From positions 1 through 64,000 of the IMG/VR virus record IMGVR_UViG_3300021091_000027: a DNA stretch of 64,000 nucleotides. One strand, written 5' to 3'. Below the pieces are notes generated by a model. The model was not told where the DNA came from and did not search any database. It saw only the letters and a list, made by a program, of their open reading frames with translations. Position numbers and translations under genes: made by a program. This document shows, in pieces, positions 1-9,013 of this stretch; position 1 is the first letter of the stretch, and every line of letters begins with the position of its first letter. The stretch is from a virus.

Positions 1-4
1 CCCT

Positions 5-448
5 ATGGGGCCGCCACCTATGGATCCTGCAATGATGGGCGGAGCACCACCTATGGATCCTGCAATGATGGGTGGAGCGCCACCTATGGATCCTGCAATG
101 ATGGGTGGAGCACCACCTATGGATCCTGCAATGATGGGCGGAGCGCCTGCTGCTCCAGCTGCTCCAATCGAACAAGAAATTGCATCTATCAAAGATATGT
201 TGCAACAGTTGATGGATGCACAAATAGCTATGATGCAGATTTTAGGCGGAGGAGGATTACCCCCAGCAGGATCTCCTCCTCCTATGGACCCTGCGATGAT
301 AGGCGCACCTTCTGGGATGAACGGCGGAGCAGATCCAGCAATGATGGGACTGCCTTCAGCTCCTCCTCCGGGAATGATTGCACAAGCTTCTGTAGATGAT
401 GAAGATTTTAATAATTACATAAAAACTATTACAGAGTTACTTAGATGA
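5..448 (+). CDS. Pro/Met/Gly-rich low-complexity protein, probably 5'-truncated by the window edge
   Basis: ORF with PPMDPAMMGGA repeats. The frame is open back to the window start, and the stop overlaps the next start (ATGA). Confidence 0.7.
   Translation: MGPPPMDPAMMGGAPPMDPAMMGGAPPMDPAMMGGAPPMDPAMMGGAPAAPAAPIEQEIASIKDMLQQLMDAQIAMMQILGGGGLPPAGSPPPMDPAMIGAPSGMNGGADPAMMGLPSAPPPGMIAQASVDDEDFNNYIKTITELLR
14..145 (+). repeat. 4 x 33-bp coding tandem repeat (PPMDPAMMGGA)
   Basis: The unit ccacctatggatcctgcaatgatgggYggagcR occurs at 14, 47, 80 and 113 and differs only at synonymous positions. Confidence 0.95.
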
Positions 449-672
449 GAGCTAGACTTCAAAAGTCTAATATTTTAGTACCACCTAGGTATGAGAAGAA
501 TTTATCTTCCATACTAATATACGACGATAAAGATCAGGTTATATTTGCAGTAATCTTAACTCCAGCAGGGACATACAAATTTACTCATGCGGGGTTAGAT
601 AATTTTAAACAAGAAGTGAAGTTAATCACCGGAATGGATATAGACAATCCAAAACTTGAAGAGGTGAATTAA
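445..672 (+). CDS. hypothetical protein
   Basis: 75-aa ORF translationally coupled to the upstream gene. Confidence 0.65.
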   Translation: MRARLQKSNILVPPRYEKNLSSILIYDDKDQVIFAVILTPAGTYKFTHAGLDNFKQEVKLITGMDIDNPKLEEVN

Positions 673-676
673 GTCA

Positions 677-1522
677 ATGATTGACCCTGTTAGACAACTC
701 TTGGTTAAGATGGCCTATACCCCAAATCCTTTTAGGGGCAATTTATATAATTCTGCTTATAAAGCGGAAAGTCCAGAACAATACGGACAGCTGGTCAGCA
801 GAGATATACAGACCTACGGACATTTGGCCCCAGGATCTGATGAATACAATATGACTATGCAAGAAAAGGGATTTACACCTGAATATATGCAGGGAATCTC
901 TTCAGCAGGACAAAGGGTGCTGCGCGCTGCAAATGATCCTGAATTTGTAAGAGGAATGCAGCAAGGTACCGCAAATATATCAGATCTATACAAAGACTTT
1001 CAAGGCTCCTCAGGCATTGCGAAAGCGCTTGGCGGATGGAGTAACGTGGCGGCCTATGGATTACGTAATCCGATAGATTCTGCTCAAGCTCTTTACGGTG
1101 CGGGAAGAGATTGGCTTACAAATTCTGACCAATCTTCAAAGCAATTTGGAGATAAGTTAATGTCAAGCATAGATATGAATTCCCCCTTAGCTCGTGCTGC
1201 TAAATCAAGAGGGGCCACAACATATCTTAATTCTAAAATTCAAGATATTTTTAGCGGGCTGGGAGGATTTGGAAAAGGTGTTGGAGGCGGGCTTAGTTTC
1301 TTACTAGGTCTTTTGTCAAAAATACCTGGATACGACACACTAGCAAACAAGCTGGTTGATTGGAGTGGGGGATTTAAACCTGGAGGTCAAAGAGCTTTGC
1401 CGCATTCGCCTTTTGCAGTCAAGGCTGGATCAGTTAGATTTATACAAGGCAAGCCTTATTCTCACTATGCCGTCACTTCAACTCAGTGCGGTTCTGAGGT
1501 GCTGACATGGAACCGACAGTAA
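677..1522 (+). CDS. hypothetical, putative internal virion protein (leader ending KMA; Gly-rich hydrophobic segment)
   Basis: N-terminus MIDPVRQLLVKMA; contains GLGGFGKGVGGGLSFLLGLL. Confidence 0.6.
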   Translation: MIDPVRQLLVKMAYTPNPFRGNLYNSAYKAESPEQYGQLVSRDIQTYGHLAPGSDEYNMTMQEKGFTPEYMQGISSAGQRVLRAANDPEFVRGMQQGTANISDLYKDFQGSSGIAKALGGWSNVAAYGLRNPIDSAQALYGAGRDWLTNSDQSSKQFGDKLMSSIDMNSPLARAAKSRGATTYLNSKIQDIFSGLGGFGKGVGGGLSFLLGLLSKIPGYDTLANKLVDWSGGFKPGGQRALPHSPFAVKAGSVRFIQGKPYSHYAVTSTQCGSEVLTWNRQ

Positions 1523-3366
1523 CAACCGTGGGACAACTGCTGATAAATTCTGCTCTTCCAGAAGACAGCAGAGACTATGGAAGAATCTGGGACAAGCTCT
1601 CTATGAGGAAATTTCTAACGGAAATGGCCTCTAAATTGACTCCCGATAAGTACAGGGAGATGGTTCAACAACTTACTTTAATTGGCTTGAAGAGTGCAAG
1701 ACAATCGTCTTTATCTAGTTTTAGTCTTGAAAGCCTTAAGCCACCAAAGGTTAAACGCGATATAACAAATGTACTAAGACAGGAAGTACGTCAGATTGTT
1801 AGGTCTGTAAAGGATCCTGCCCAAAGAAATGAAGCTATAGTGGATGTAGCTTTAAAGTATCAAAAAACTTTGGCAGATAAGGTGTATCAGGAGTTACTAC
1901 AAAACGATAATCCATTTGCTATGCATGTATATGCCGGAGCACGTGGAAATAAAGATCAGCTGGCTTCTATGATTGGCAGCGATCTTCTCTATAGTGATAA
2001 TAAAGGTCGCCCCGTTCCGATTCCTGTGCTGAATTCATATTCAGAGGGTATGGATCCCGTGGAGTACTGGGCAGGATCATATGGCGCTAGAGCAGGAGCT
2101 ATTGATACTAAATTGGCTGTAGGCGATGCTGGGTATTTTGCTAAACGTCTTACTGCCTCTGCACATAGGCTTGTTGTTACGGATGAGGACATTGAAGACG
2201 GCCAAGGATTTATAGTAGAAGTAAACGATCCAGACAATATAGGTGGAGTGCTTGCTAGAGATGAGGGGCAGTTTAAGAAAGGTACGTATGTGGATGCTGC
2301 CGTACTAAAGGCCTTGAACGTATCTGGCAAGAAGAACATTATGATCTACTCTCCTATCGCAGCCGTAAGTGGAATTGGCGGACTGCCCAGACTGGCTGCC
2401 GGAATAAGAGAACACGGTAAGCTTGCAGAAATAGGTATGAATGTAGGGATTACTGCTGCTCAGGCAATTGCAGAACCTATAAGCCAGGGCATGTTGAATT
2501 CCAAGCACTCAGGGGGAGTATCAAAAGGCAAAACAAAAAGAACTGTAACTGGCTTTAACTATTTAAATCAACTCATAGAAGTTCCAAAAACTTTTACAGA
2601 TGGAGCTCCGGTAACTAAAGCGGACGGCATTGTTGGGAAAGTAGAATCTGCTCCTCAAGGCGGAAACTATGTTTATGTAAATAATGAAAAATACTATGTT
2701 CCAGTAGAGCAATCAGTATCCGTTAGACAAGGTCAAACGTTAGAAGCTGGAGATGCCTTATCCGACGGTATAATTAATCCAAAGGATATTGCTGAGCTTA
2801 AAGGAATTGGAGAGGCTCGCAGACACTTTGTAAAACAATTTAAATCTGCTTTACAGGAGAATGGACTGCCGGTTCATCGTAGAAATGTCGAAGTAGTTGC
2901 AAGAGGTTTGATTAATCAAGTAGAACTGACTGAGTCCGATGTGGTAGAGGGAGCATATCCAGAAGACATAGTGAGTTATGACTACCTAGCTTCAAGATAT
3001 AAACCAAGACAAGGCTTTCAAACTGGAAGTCCTTCTAAATATCTAAATCATTATCTAGAAAAACCAATTTTGCACTATTCTATTGGAACTCGTATAACTC
3101 CCACTGTAGCCAAAGAGCTAAAAGAAAATGGATTCTCAGATGTGATCGTTCATAAAAATCCTCCTCCATTTAAACCAACCATGACTAGAGCTATGATGTC
3201 ATTGCTCGGAGATAGAGATTGGATGGTTCAACTTGGAGGATTTAATCTTAAAAAGACCTTTTTGGATAATATACAGCGAGGATCTACCTCCCAGATACAC
3301 GGCACATCCTGGATTCCAGCTTTGGCTACTGGAGAAATCTCAAAGGGTCCAAAAGGCACCTACTGA
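1507..3366 (+). CDS. rpoC: DNA-directed RNA polymerase beta' subunit, C-terminal half (split subunit)
   Basis: Collinear matches to bacterial beta': TTVGQLLIN (TTVGR); AGARGN (SGARGS); bridge helix EGMDPVEYWAGSYGARAGAIDTKLAVGDAGYFAKRL; trigger loop GITAAQAIAEPISQGMLNSKHSGG; SBHM-like GQTLEAGDALSDG; VHRRNVEVVARGL. There is no NADFDGD motif. Confidence 0.92.
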   Translation: MEPTVTTVGQLLINSALPEDSRDYGRIWDKLSMRKFLTEMASKLTPDKYREMVQQLTLIGLKSARQSSLSSFSLESLKPPKVKRDITNVLRQEVRQIVRSVKDPAQRNEAIVDVALKYQKTLADKVYQELLQNDNPFAMHVYAGARGNKDQLASMIGSDLLYSDNKGRPVPIPVLNSYSEGMDPVEYWAGSYGARAGAIDTKLAVGDAGYFAKRLTASAHRLVVTDEDIEDGQGFIVEVNDPDNIGGVLARDEGQFKKGTYVDAAVLKALNVSGKKNIMIYSPIAAVSGIGGLPRLAAGIREHGKLAEIGMNVGITAAQAIAEPISQGMLNSKHSGGVSKGKTKRTVTGFNYLNQLIEVPKTFTDGAPVTKADGIVGKVESAPQGGNYVYVNNEKYYVPVEQSVSVRQGQTLEAGDALSDGIINPKDIAELKGIGEARRHFVKQFKSALQENGLPVHRRNVEVVARGLINQVELTESDVVEGAYPEDIVSYDYLASRYKPRQGFQTGSPSKYLNHYLEKPILHYSIGTRITPTVAKELKENGFSDVIVHKNPPPFKPTMTRAMMSLLGDRDWMVQLGGFNLKKTFLDNIQRGSTSQIHGTSWIPALATGEISKGPKGTY

Positions 3367-3373
3367 TATTTTT

Positions 3374-3382
3374 TGCTATAAT
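3374..3382 (+). promoter_or_regulatory. extended -10 promoter element TGCTATAAT
   Basis: Exact TGnTATAAT in the intergenic gap, 22 nt before ATG 3405. Confidence 0.55.
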
Positions 3383-3404
3383 CATAATATATGGAACTTA
3401 AACT

Positions 3405-3956
3405 ATGAAAAAAACTTTTTTAAAACTATCGGAACTCTCGGAAGAATATCGCCCTTTACTTTTAAGCGAACTCAGGCTTCAGAAACAAGCTGACTCGTCC
3501 TTCTTATCGAAGGCTTTAGAGAAAGGACAAGAATATGCTCCTGCGGTTGGATACGGCGCAGCCGGAGGCGCCTTGGCAGGAGTTCCTGTGGCCCTTCTGG
3601 CAAACGCTCTTTTTGGAAAAGACAAGAGTATGAGGGGCCATCTTCGCTCAGCACTTATGGGCAGTATTCTGGGAGGGGGAGTCGGAGCTTTAGGCGCTGG
3701 CGGCCTTCGTTACTATACCGAAGATCCTAGTGTATCCATTCCGTTGACCAGAGGACTTTCTAATATTAGCGGCGCTTCTGCGCGATTCCTCGATAGAATG
3801 GGTTTAGGTGATTTTAATAGGAAGGGCTTGACGGGTGAACTTACCCCAGAGGGCAAGTTCAAGGAGCCATTTAGGGGCTCAGACGAAACATACAACACCA
3901 CTCGTACCCAAGATGTAAGTGATTTTATACGGAAAAATTTTATTGCCCCCCACTAA
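3405..3956 (+). CDS. glycine-zipper protein with KxA leader, putative internal/ejected virion protein
   Basis: Leader ends LQKQAD, followed by two GxxxG-rich hydrophobic helices (GYGAAGGALAGVPVALLA; MGSILGGGVGALGAGGL). Confidence 0.65.
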   Translation: MKKTFLKLSELSEEYRPLLLSELRLQKQADSSFLSKALEKGQEYAPAVGYGAAGGALAGVPVALLANALFGKDKSMRGHLRSALMGSILGGGVGALGAGGLRYYTEDPSVSIPLTRGLSNISGASARFLDRMGLGDFNRKGLTGELTPEGKFKEPFRGSDETYNTTRTQDVSDFIRKNFIAPH

Positions 3957-3962
3957 GGGCTG

Positions 3963-3978
3963 GAATGTGATCACATTC
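3963..3978. promoter_or_regulatory. perfect 16-bp palindrome, putative operator
   Basis: GAATGTGATCACATTC is its own reverse complement and lies in the intergenic gap upstream of ORF 4059. Confidence 0.45.
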
Positions 3979-4058
3979 TGATACTTACGAACAACACTAG
4001 TAGTAGATTGGGACTAGTCTAAATAAGGCCCTTTCAATTTACAAAAAGGAATTAAAAC

Positions 4059-4637
4059 ATGGCTAATAGTAATCTTTTGACTGATTTAGAAAGCTATCGT
4101 AGCTTTGCAATGGCGTCTCACGTCTATCGCAACATCTCTGGCGCTAAGCGTTTCTTCGCTTATGTCGGCCCCAACGGTAAAGAACTTGAATCTGGCGCTA
4201 CTGAAGTTGTAGAACTGCGTGCGAGCGACTCCTTTGGAATTCTAGAGAAGCAGGCAATTGCTCGAGATCTTGCAGCTGGCAATATTCGTTATGGCAACAA
4301 TGGAGTGACCCTATATCACTTCCGTTTTGAAAAAGGCGCTACTGAACAAGCAGCAGCTGCAACCATGCCAGGTCGTGTAGTGGGCATGTTTGTTATGACT
4401 GAGGATGGCGCAGATGGCAACGAAACAATCTCTGCTACGGTTGCTGGCACGCCTATTGTTGCCGCTTCGCAAACTGCAGTTGCAAATAGCGCAACTTCAG
4501 GAAAAGCAAAAGCGGTTTCCTTGAGTACAACCGATGCGAACTTGAACACATTCCCTGGCATCATTTCTGTAGAGCTTAACAATGTAGGCCCAAATGACGC
4601 CATTACTGTTGTTGTCGCAATCGCTCACTTTGTTTGA
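4059..4637 (+). CDS. putative abundant virion structural protein (decoration-like)
   Basis: AAAGGA RBS, an Ala/Thr-rich beta-type C-terminal domain, and a downstream GAAA hairpin like those after the capsid and tube genes. Confidence 0.55.
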   Translation: MANSNLLTDLESYRSFAMASHVYRNISGAKRFFAYVGPNGKELESGATEVVELRASDSFGILEKQAIARDLAAGNIRYGNNGVTLYHFRFEKGATEQAAAATMPGRVVGMFVMTEDGADGNETISATVAGTPIVAASQTAVANSATSGKAKAVSLSTTDANLNTFPGIISVELNNVGPNDAITVVVAIAHFV

Positions 4638-4649
4638 CTTTAATCCTAC

Positions 4650-4679
4650 TTACCTGGCGGGGGAAACCCCGCCAGGTAA
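4650..4679 (+). terminator. 13-bp GAAA-loop hairpin (terminator or 3' stabiliser)
   Basis: ttacctggcgggg-gaaa-ccccgccaggtaa. Confidence 0.75.
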
Positions 4680-4698
4680 ATTCCCTTAAGAGATAACT

Positions 4699-6834
4699 AT
4701 GGCCAGAAAGAACATCATTAAGCTTGCAGATGACGTAACGTTTGAGCAAAACTTCTTTCAGTTGGCTTTTGCTTATATTCGTGACAAGATTCCTAATCTG
4801 CTTGACTACATGCTTGGTTTTGAGGTAGTTAACAAGAACGAGGATGGCACTCAAGCCGTTGGTCTTTTTAAGTTTGACATAAGCGGTAGAGAGCTTTTTG
4901 TACCGATCTTCTACAAGAACGGCGAGCTCAAAGGTGCTGAGTTGCTATATAATCAGAATCAGGACCAGTTTGTTCCAAATAAGGAAAACTGGGTCGATAC
5001 TATTCTAAATGCAAGACCGGAAGAGCTGGGGGTTCCATCCGAGTTAAACAAAGGTGAGATCATGGCAGGCATGCAGTCTGGCATGGATTTATCTAAGATA
5101 TACAACCCTACCCAAAATACTAAGTTTAGCATGGATAGAATGCAGAATTTGTCCAGTCAGTTTAACATTGACTTTAAAAAATTTCTCAAAACCGCTAATT
5201 GTAAGTTTGCTGAAATATATACCAAGACCTTGATGCACAATCCAGAACTTCATAAGGTGGCCATAGAAGCCTACGGCTCTGAACTTTATGAATGTCTAAA
5301 GGGATGTAAACAGTCTGAAACCATTGTATTAGACAACAACAAAGTTCCAGAAGTTGAAGTTATAGATGTACACGGCCCTCAGGATGTTTTGAACAGCATA
5401 ACTGATTCAGAAAAACAAGAACTCATTGAAGAAGGCGTAGTTCTACGAGACAATCGTAAAAACTTGGGAAGAATTTCTTACAAAATTGAAGGGCCCATGG
5501 CTCTGAATGCTTGTAATTGTGCAGGATTGTATAGCGTTTTAATGCCTGGTGGAAGTGTCGACAAGATGGCCGTAATTCCTTCTGCAGTATCTGGTTGCTC
5601 CTACACCTCTTCAAACTGTGTGGAAAGTGTCATTATTGCAGTAGGTGAGGGCAAGTCCGACAGGGTTGAATCATCGAAGGTTTTCTCTTTGGGTGCCTCC
5701 ATGCCAGGATCAGATTTCAAGGCATTTGTAGATAAGCTAAAGTCTGTTGATTCAGCAAAGACGGAAGCTCCAAGCAAAAACTACGATCTAAACAAAAAAG
5801 GAAATTTCAATGTTTTCGTAGAAGCTGACGGCAGCCAGGCTGCTGGACCATGCACTTTGGAGAATGCTGTGGTTAGCGGAGATGTGACTACGTATTCAGT
5901 GTTTGGGTTACCGTGCTGTGATAAAATTGTTGTGTCTCCTTCGTACAGACGCATGAAGATGTTTGACAGAACTTTGTACGTGCCCAAGACGGCAAAAGTA
6001 CATACTTTTTCTGATAACAGGTATCGCAGCAAAATTGAACTTGGCGGAGCTAGGGATATTGATGCCAGAATTAAAGGTTTGAATGATCAGGTCAAGGTAT
6101 CCAAGGATAGAATCGGATTCCGAGTTTTAATAAATGGAAAAACAGTATTCAAGGAAGCCTCGAAGAGAGATGCGTATGTTGGCTTAGTGGCTGGATTTGG
6201 AATGAGCATTTTAGAAGCCAAATCAGCACTTAAGTCTGCAGCTGCTCTTGAAGATGTAGTGCTGTATTTCGAGAAAAAGGCGCAACCATTCTTTGATCCA
6301 GGCATGGTTGCGACTCCAAATGTACCTTCGGCACCCATGGGCATAAATCCCACGTTGGGTGTTGCAGAGCAGTACCCACAAGCCGACACCGTCTCTGCTA
6401 CTTCTGGTCAGCCTGGAGATGTACTTAATCAAAGAATCATGGATAGCATTACTGGAATGGGTCAAGGCCAACAAGGTCTTAACCAACAGTCTGTAGACAG
6501 AATAATGCAGGCAGCACAATCCGGGGAGCAAAACGTATTTGACGTTGCTAATATCTCCGAACTTATAAATCGTGCTGACATAGACACTCCGCTCGATCAA
6601 TACATGGCAGATCTGCAAACAGCCCTTGATCGTTTAGGAAGAATATATTTCCTTATGCTATTCCATGGAGATAAGTTCTCTGAGCGCTTTAGCCAGGAAG
6701 ATTTGCCAAGCATGGAAGAGTCTGTTAGAAATACTTTCCTTAATCTTGGGGAACTAATCCTTAAGCTTAAGGAACGCAAGATCGAAGCAGACTCAGGTTC
6801 TGCAGTTGAAACCGATCTTAATCAGTTAGTGTAA
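4699..6834 (+). CDS. large hypothetical head-region protein (KxA-rich)
   Basis: 711-aa ORF with IKLAD, LKTAN, FKEAS, EKKAQ and a Q/G/P-rich linker before a helical C-terminus. Confidence 0.7.
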   Translation: MARKNIIKLADDVTFEQNFFQLAFAYIRDKIPNLLDYMLGFEVVNKNEDGTQAVGLFKFDISGRELFVPIFYKNGELKGAELLYNQNQDQFVPNKENWVDTILNARPEELGVPSELNKGEIMAGMQSGMDLSKIYNPTQNTKFSMDRMQNLSSQFNIDFKKFLKTANCKFAEIYTKTLMHNPELHKVAIEAYGSELYECLKGCKQSETIVLDNNKVPEVEVIDVHGPQDVLNSITDSEKQELIEEGVVLRDNRKNLGRISYKIEGPMALNACNCAGLYSVLMPGGSVDKMAVIPSAVSGCSYTSSNCVESVIIAVGEGKSDRVESSKVFSLGASMPGSDFKAFVDKLKSVDSAKTEAPSKNYDLNKKGNFNVFVEADGSQAAGPCTLENAVVSGDVTTYSVFGLPCCDKIVVSPSYRRMKMFDRTLYVPKTAKVHTFSDNRYRSKIELGGARDIDARIKGLNDQVKVSKDRIGFRVLINGKTVFKEASKRDAYVGLVAGFGMSILEAKSALKSAAALEDVVLYFEKKAQPFFDPGMVATPNVPSAPMGINPTLGVAEQYPQADTVSATSGQPGDVLNQRIMDSITGMGQGQQGLNQQSVDRIMQAAQSGEQNVFDVANISELINRADIDTPLDQYMADLQTALDRLGRIYFLMLFHGDKFSERFSQEDLPSMEESVRNTFLNLGELILKLKERKIEADSGSAVETDLNQLV

Positions 6835-7730
6835 TGCGCAAAGCCAAAGTATCTTTATCTGACAAATCTCCAGCACCTCGTAGACTGAAAAGTCCCGACT
6901 GGAGGTATAATTACGTTATAAAACTTTTAGATGAGTGGCGAGAACCTCGTAAAGACGATGATAAGTATGTAAAAGAGCTGTATCAATTACTGAAGACGAT
7001 CAGGCAAGACCCAGTTGATATAGTAGAAGTTTATAAAGATGCCAACCCGGATATTGCCGATGCCTTGACGCTGTATGAAAATGGTCCTTCGTACAGATTG
7101 GACGTAGATACCAGAATATTAGCGTCCTACTCGTATAAAGAAATTGCAGATATTGTAGGACATAACGAAACAGTAATTAAATACTATATCATGTGTTTTT
7201 TTGACGTGTTAGATAGCCTTACCAATTATGGCTATCTAAATCGCTGGGTCATAGAGCCTGTAATGCGTTCTGCCCCATTTAGCACTGAAGCTTTTTGGAA
7301 AAGAGTTGCTATATTTGGTGGCAAAGAAATGATTAAATCAATAGAAAAATGCTCTCAGCACCAAATGCAGAAATTATTTGAAACTCTTTTTGACAATTTA
7401 GTACTATCAAAAGGTATACAGGCTGCAAATGGAATTGTTCCAAATACTAGAAATGCCACTGAGCTCATAGGATTAGCCAAAGATAACATTAACGAACGCA
7501 AGAAAATTGAAGCTATTTTTGGGGGAGTCAAGGAGGACGATGCCTTTACTTCCCAAATTGTTAGCGTTATGTTAAAATCATTTACCTTTGGAATAATGAA
7601 TCAAGGATCCATGCCTGCAGATCCATTACGATCTGGAAATTACACAAATTCAGATATAGACAAATTACACTCTGATAATCCACCTCGCTTTATAGAAAAC
7701 CAAAATATCGGTAGAATAGAAGAACAATGA
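6834..7730 (+). CDS. hypothetical protein with possible helix-turn-helix
   Basis: SYKEIADIVGHNETVIKYY resembles an HTH. The gene is coupled to its neighbours (TAATG, ATGA). Confidence 0.55.
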   Translation: MRKAKVSLSDKSPAPRRLKSPDWRYNYVIKLLDEWREPRKDDDKYVKELYQLLKTIRQDPVDIVEVYKDANPDIADALTLYENGPSYRLDVDTRILASYSYKEIADIVGHNETVIKYYIMCFFDVLDSLTNYGYLNRWVIEPVMRSAPFSTEAFWKRVAIFGGKEMIKSIEKCSQHQMQKLFETLFDNLVLSKGIQAANGIVPNTRNATELIGLAKDNINERKKIEAIFGGVKEDDAFTSQIVSVMLKSFTFGIMNQGSMPADPLRSGNYTNSDIDKLHSDNPPRFIENQNIGRIEEQ

Positions 7731-9013
7731 CCGAATTAAAGCATATAACTCCTGAAAACAAAGAGCGCCTAGTTAATCTAATTAACAAGACTGCGTCTTT
7801 TGTTAACAGTGGAATGACTCCAACAGATGCTTTGGTTAAAGCTGCATCTAACGATGAATATCCTCCAGAATTTATAATGAGGGCTGCAGAGGCATACAAC
7901 GGTGCAGCACATCTGGCATATTTTAAATCAGCTTCAATTGAGGATAGAGGAAACTCTTTCTTATTGGCTGATGGCGGAAAAGCTCTGGAGCAGATTCTTA
8001 ATTCTGTAGACGCTAAAAATAAAGTTGCTGAAAGTGTGCCACTTGCATACGTATCCGAATCTCAAAATTTCTTTGACTCTCAGCCTATCGATGATAGTTT
8101 TTTGATGTCCTCAAAGGCTGCCTCTAATAAGCTTACATCTTTTAATGAGTTGCAGAAGGCTGCGACTGTATTAAGCAAAAATGAAAAGCTATCTATCGAG
8201 ATTCTGAGAAACAGATACAATGAGGCCTGTGAAGGACTTGCAAATAGCATCAAGTACTTTAAGGAAAAGGTAGCAGGGGTATCGTCCTACAGAAAAACTC
8301 ACTGGGCGAGAGAGACAATCGAAAAACACGGTAAAGATATTATTGACGTAGTTAGCTTGGCTACTGGAGTTACCGGCAAGGATTGCGAGAAGCTTGCCGA
8401 AGATAGAGTAGGATATTTTTCTTTAGGTATTGAAGAGTTAAACTCTCTTGACAATATAGTTAAAAACTATAATCAAACGGCACTGTTAAATTCCAAACTT
8501 GCACAAGCCGAGCACGATGCATATGTTAATAATTTAGAAAGAACTAGTTTGTTGAATAGTGCTGTAGGGATCAGAAAAAAAGCAGCATTGCCTATAAATC
8601 CAGAAGAAGCTGTAGGTAAGCTGGTCCCCGGATCAGAACAGACCAGGGAGGATATACAGCGTGGAGCTCTTGACAATCTGGCAGATCCAGACTTTGTAGA
8701 TCAAATTACTCGCATCGATAATGCTCTAAATATCCACAAGCTGATGAAGACGGATCCAATCGTTGGCGGACATTCTCCAAAGGAGATCGAAGAAGCCCTT
8801 GGCGAGATATACTCTATAGCACCAATTGCTTCAAAACAAACTCCTTTGCTTAGATCTATGCTTCGTCGTAGACTCGAGGCCGGAGATCAGATAGACGACT
8901 TCTCTTTGAATCAAATGCTAGCAATGGAAGAAAAGATGAGAGACCAGCGTAGAGAATATGCTGTTGTTCCAAGACTTACGGGTCTTGATAACCCACAAAG
9001 GACTGTAAGATGA
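7727..9013 (+). CDS. helical head-region protein, very KxA-rich (putative core/scaffold)
   Basis: NKTAS, VKAAS, FKSAS, NKVAE, SKAAS, QKAAT, EKVAG, EKLAE, SKLAQ, RKKAA. Confidence 0.6.
   Translation: MTELKHITPENKERLVNLINKTASFVNSGMTPTDALVKAASNDEYPPEFIMRAAEAYNGAAHLAYFKSASIEDRGNSFLLADGGKALEQILNSVDAKNKVAESVPLAYVSESQNFFDSQPIDDSFLMSSKAASNKLTSFNELQKAATVLSKNEKLSIEILRNRYNEACEGLANSIKYFKEKVAGVSSYRKTHWARETIEKHGKDIIDVVSLATGVTGKDCEKLAEDRVGYFSLGIEELNSLDNIVKNYNQTALLNSKLAQAEHDAYVNNLERTSLLNSAVGIRKKAALPINPEEAVGKLVPGSEQTREDIQRGALDNLADPDFVDQITRIDNALNIHKLMKTDPIVGGHSPKEIEEALGEIYSIAPIASKQTPLLRSMLRRRLEAGDQIDDFSLNQMLAMEEKMRDQRREYAVVPRLTGLDNPQRTVR

Noticed and set aside
14-145. 33-bp repeats as a CRISPR array
   Set aside because: The units are contiguous with no spacers, in frame, and vary only at synonymous sites.
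1507-3366. Cellular or plastid rpoC2, or host contamination
   Set aside because: There is no adjacent rpoB/rpoC1 or ribosomal operon. The gene overlaps phage genes and has divergent motifs.
4699-6834. Portal protein
   Set aside because: Size and position are compatible, but no portal-like motifs were recognised, so it is left hypothetical.
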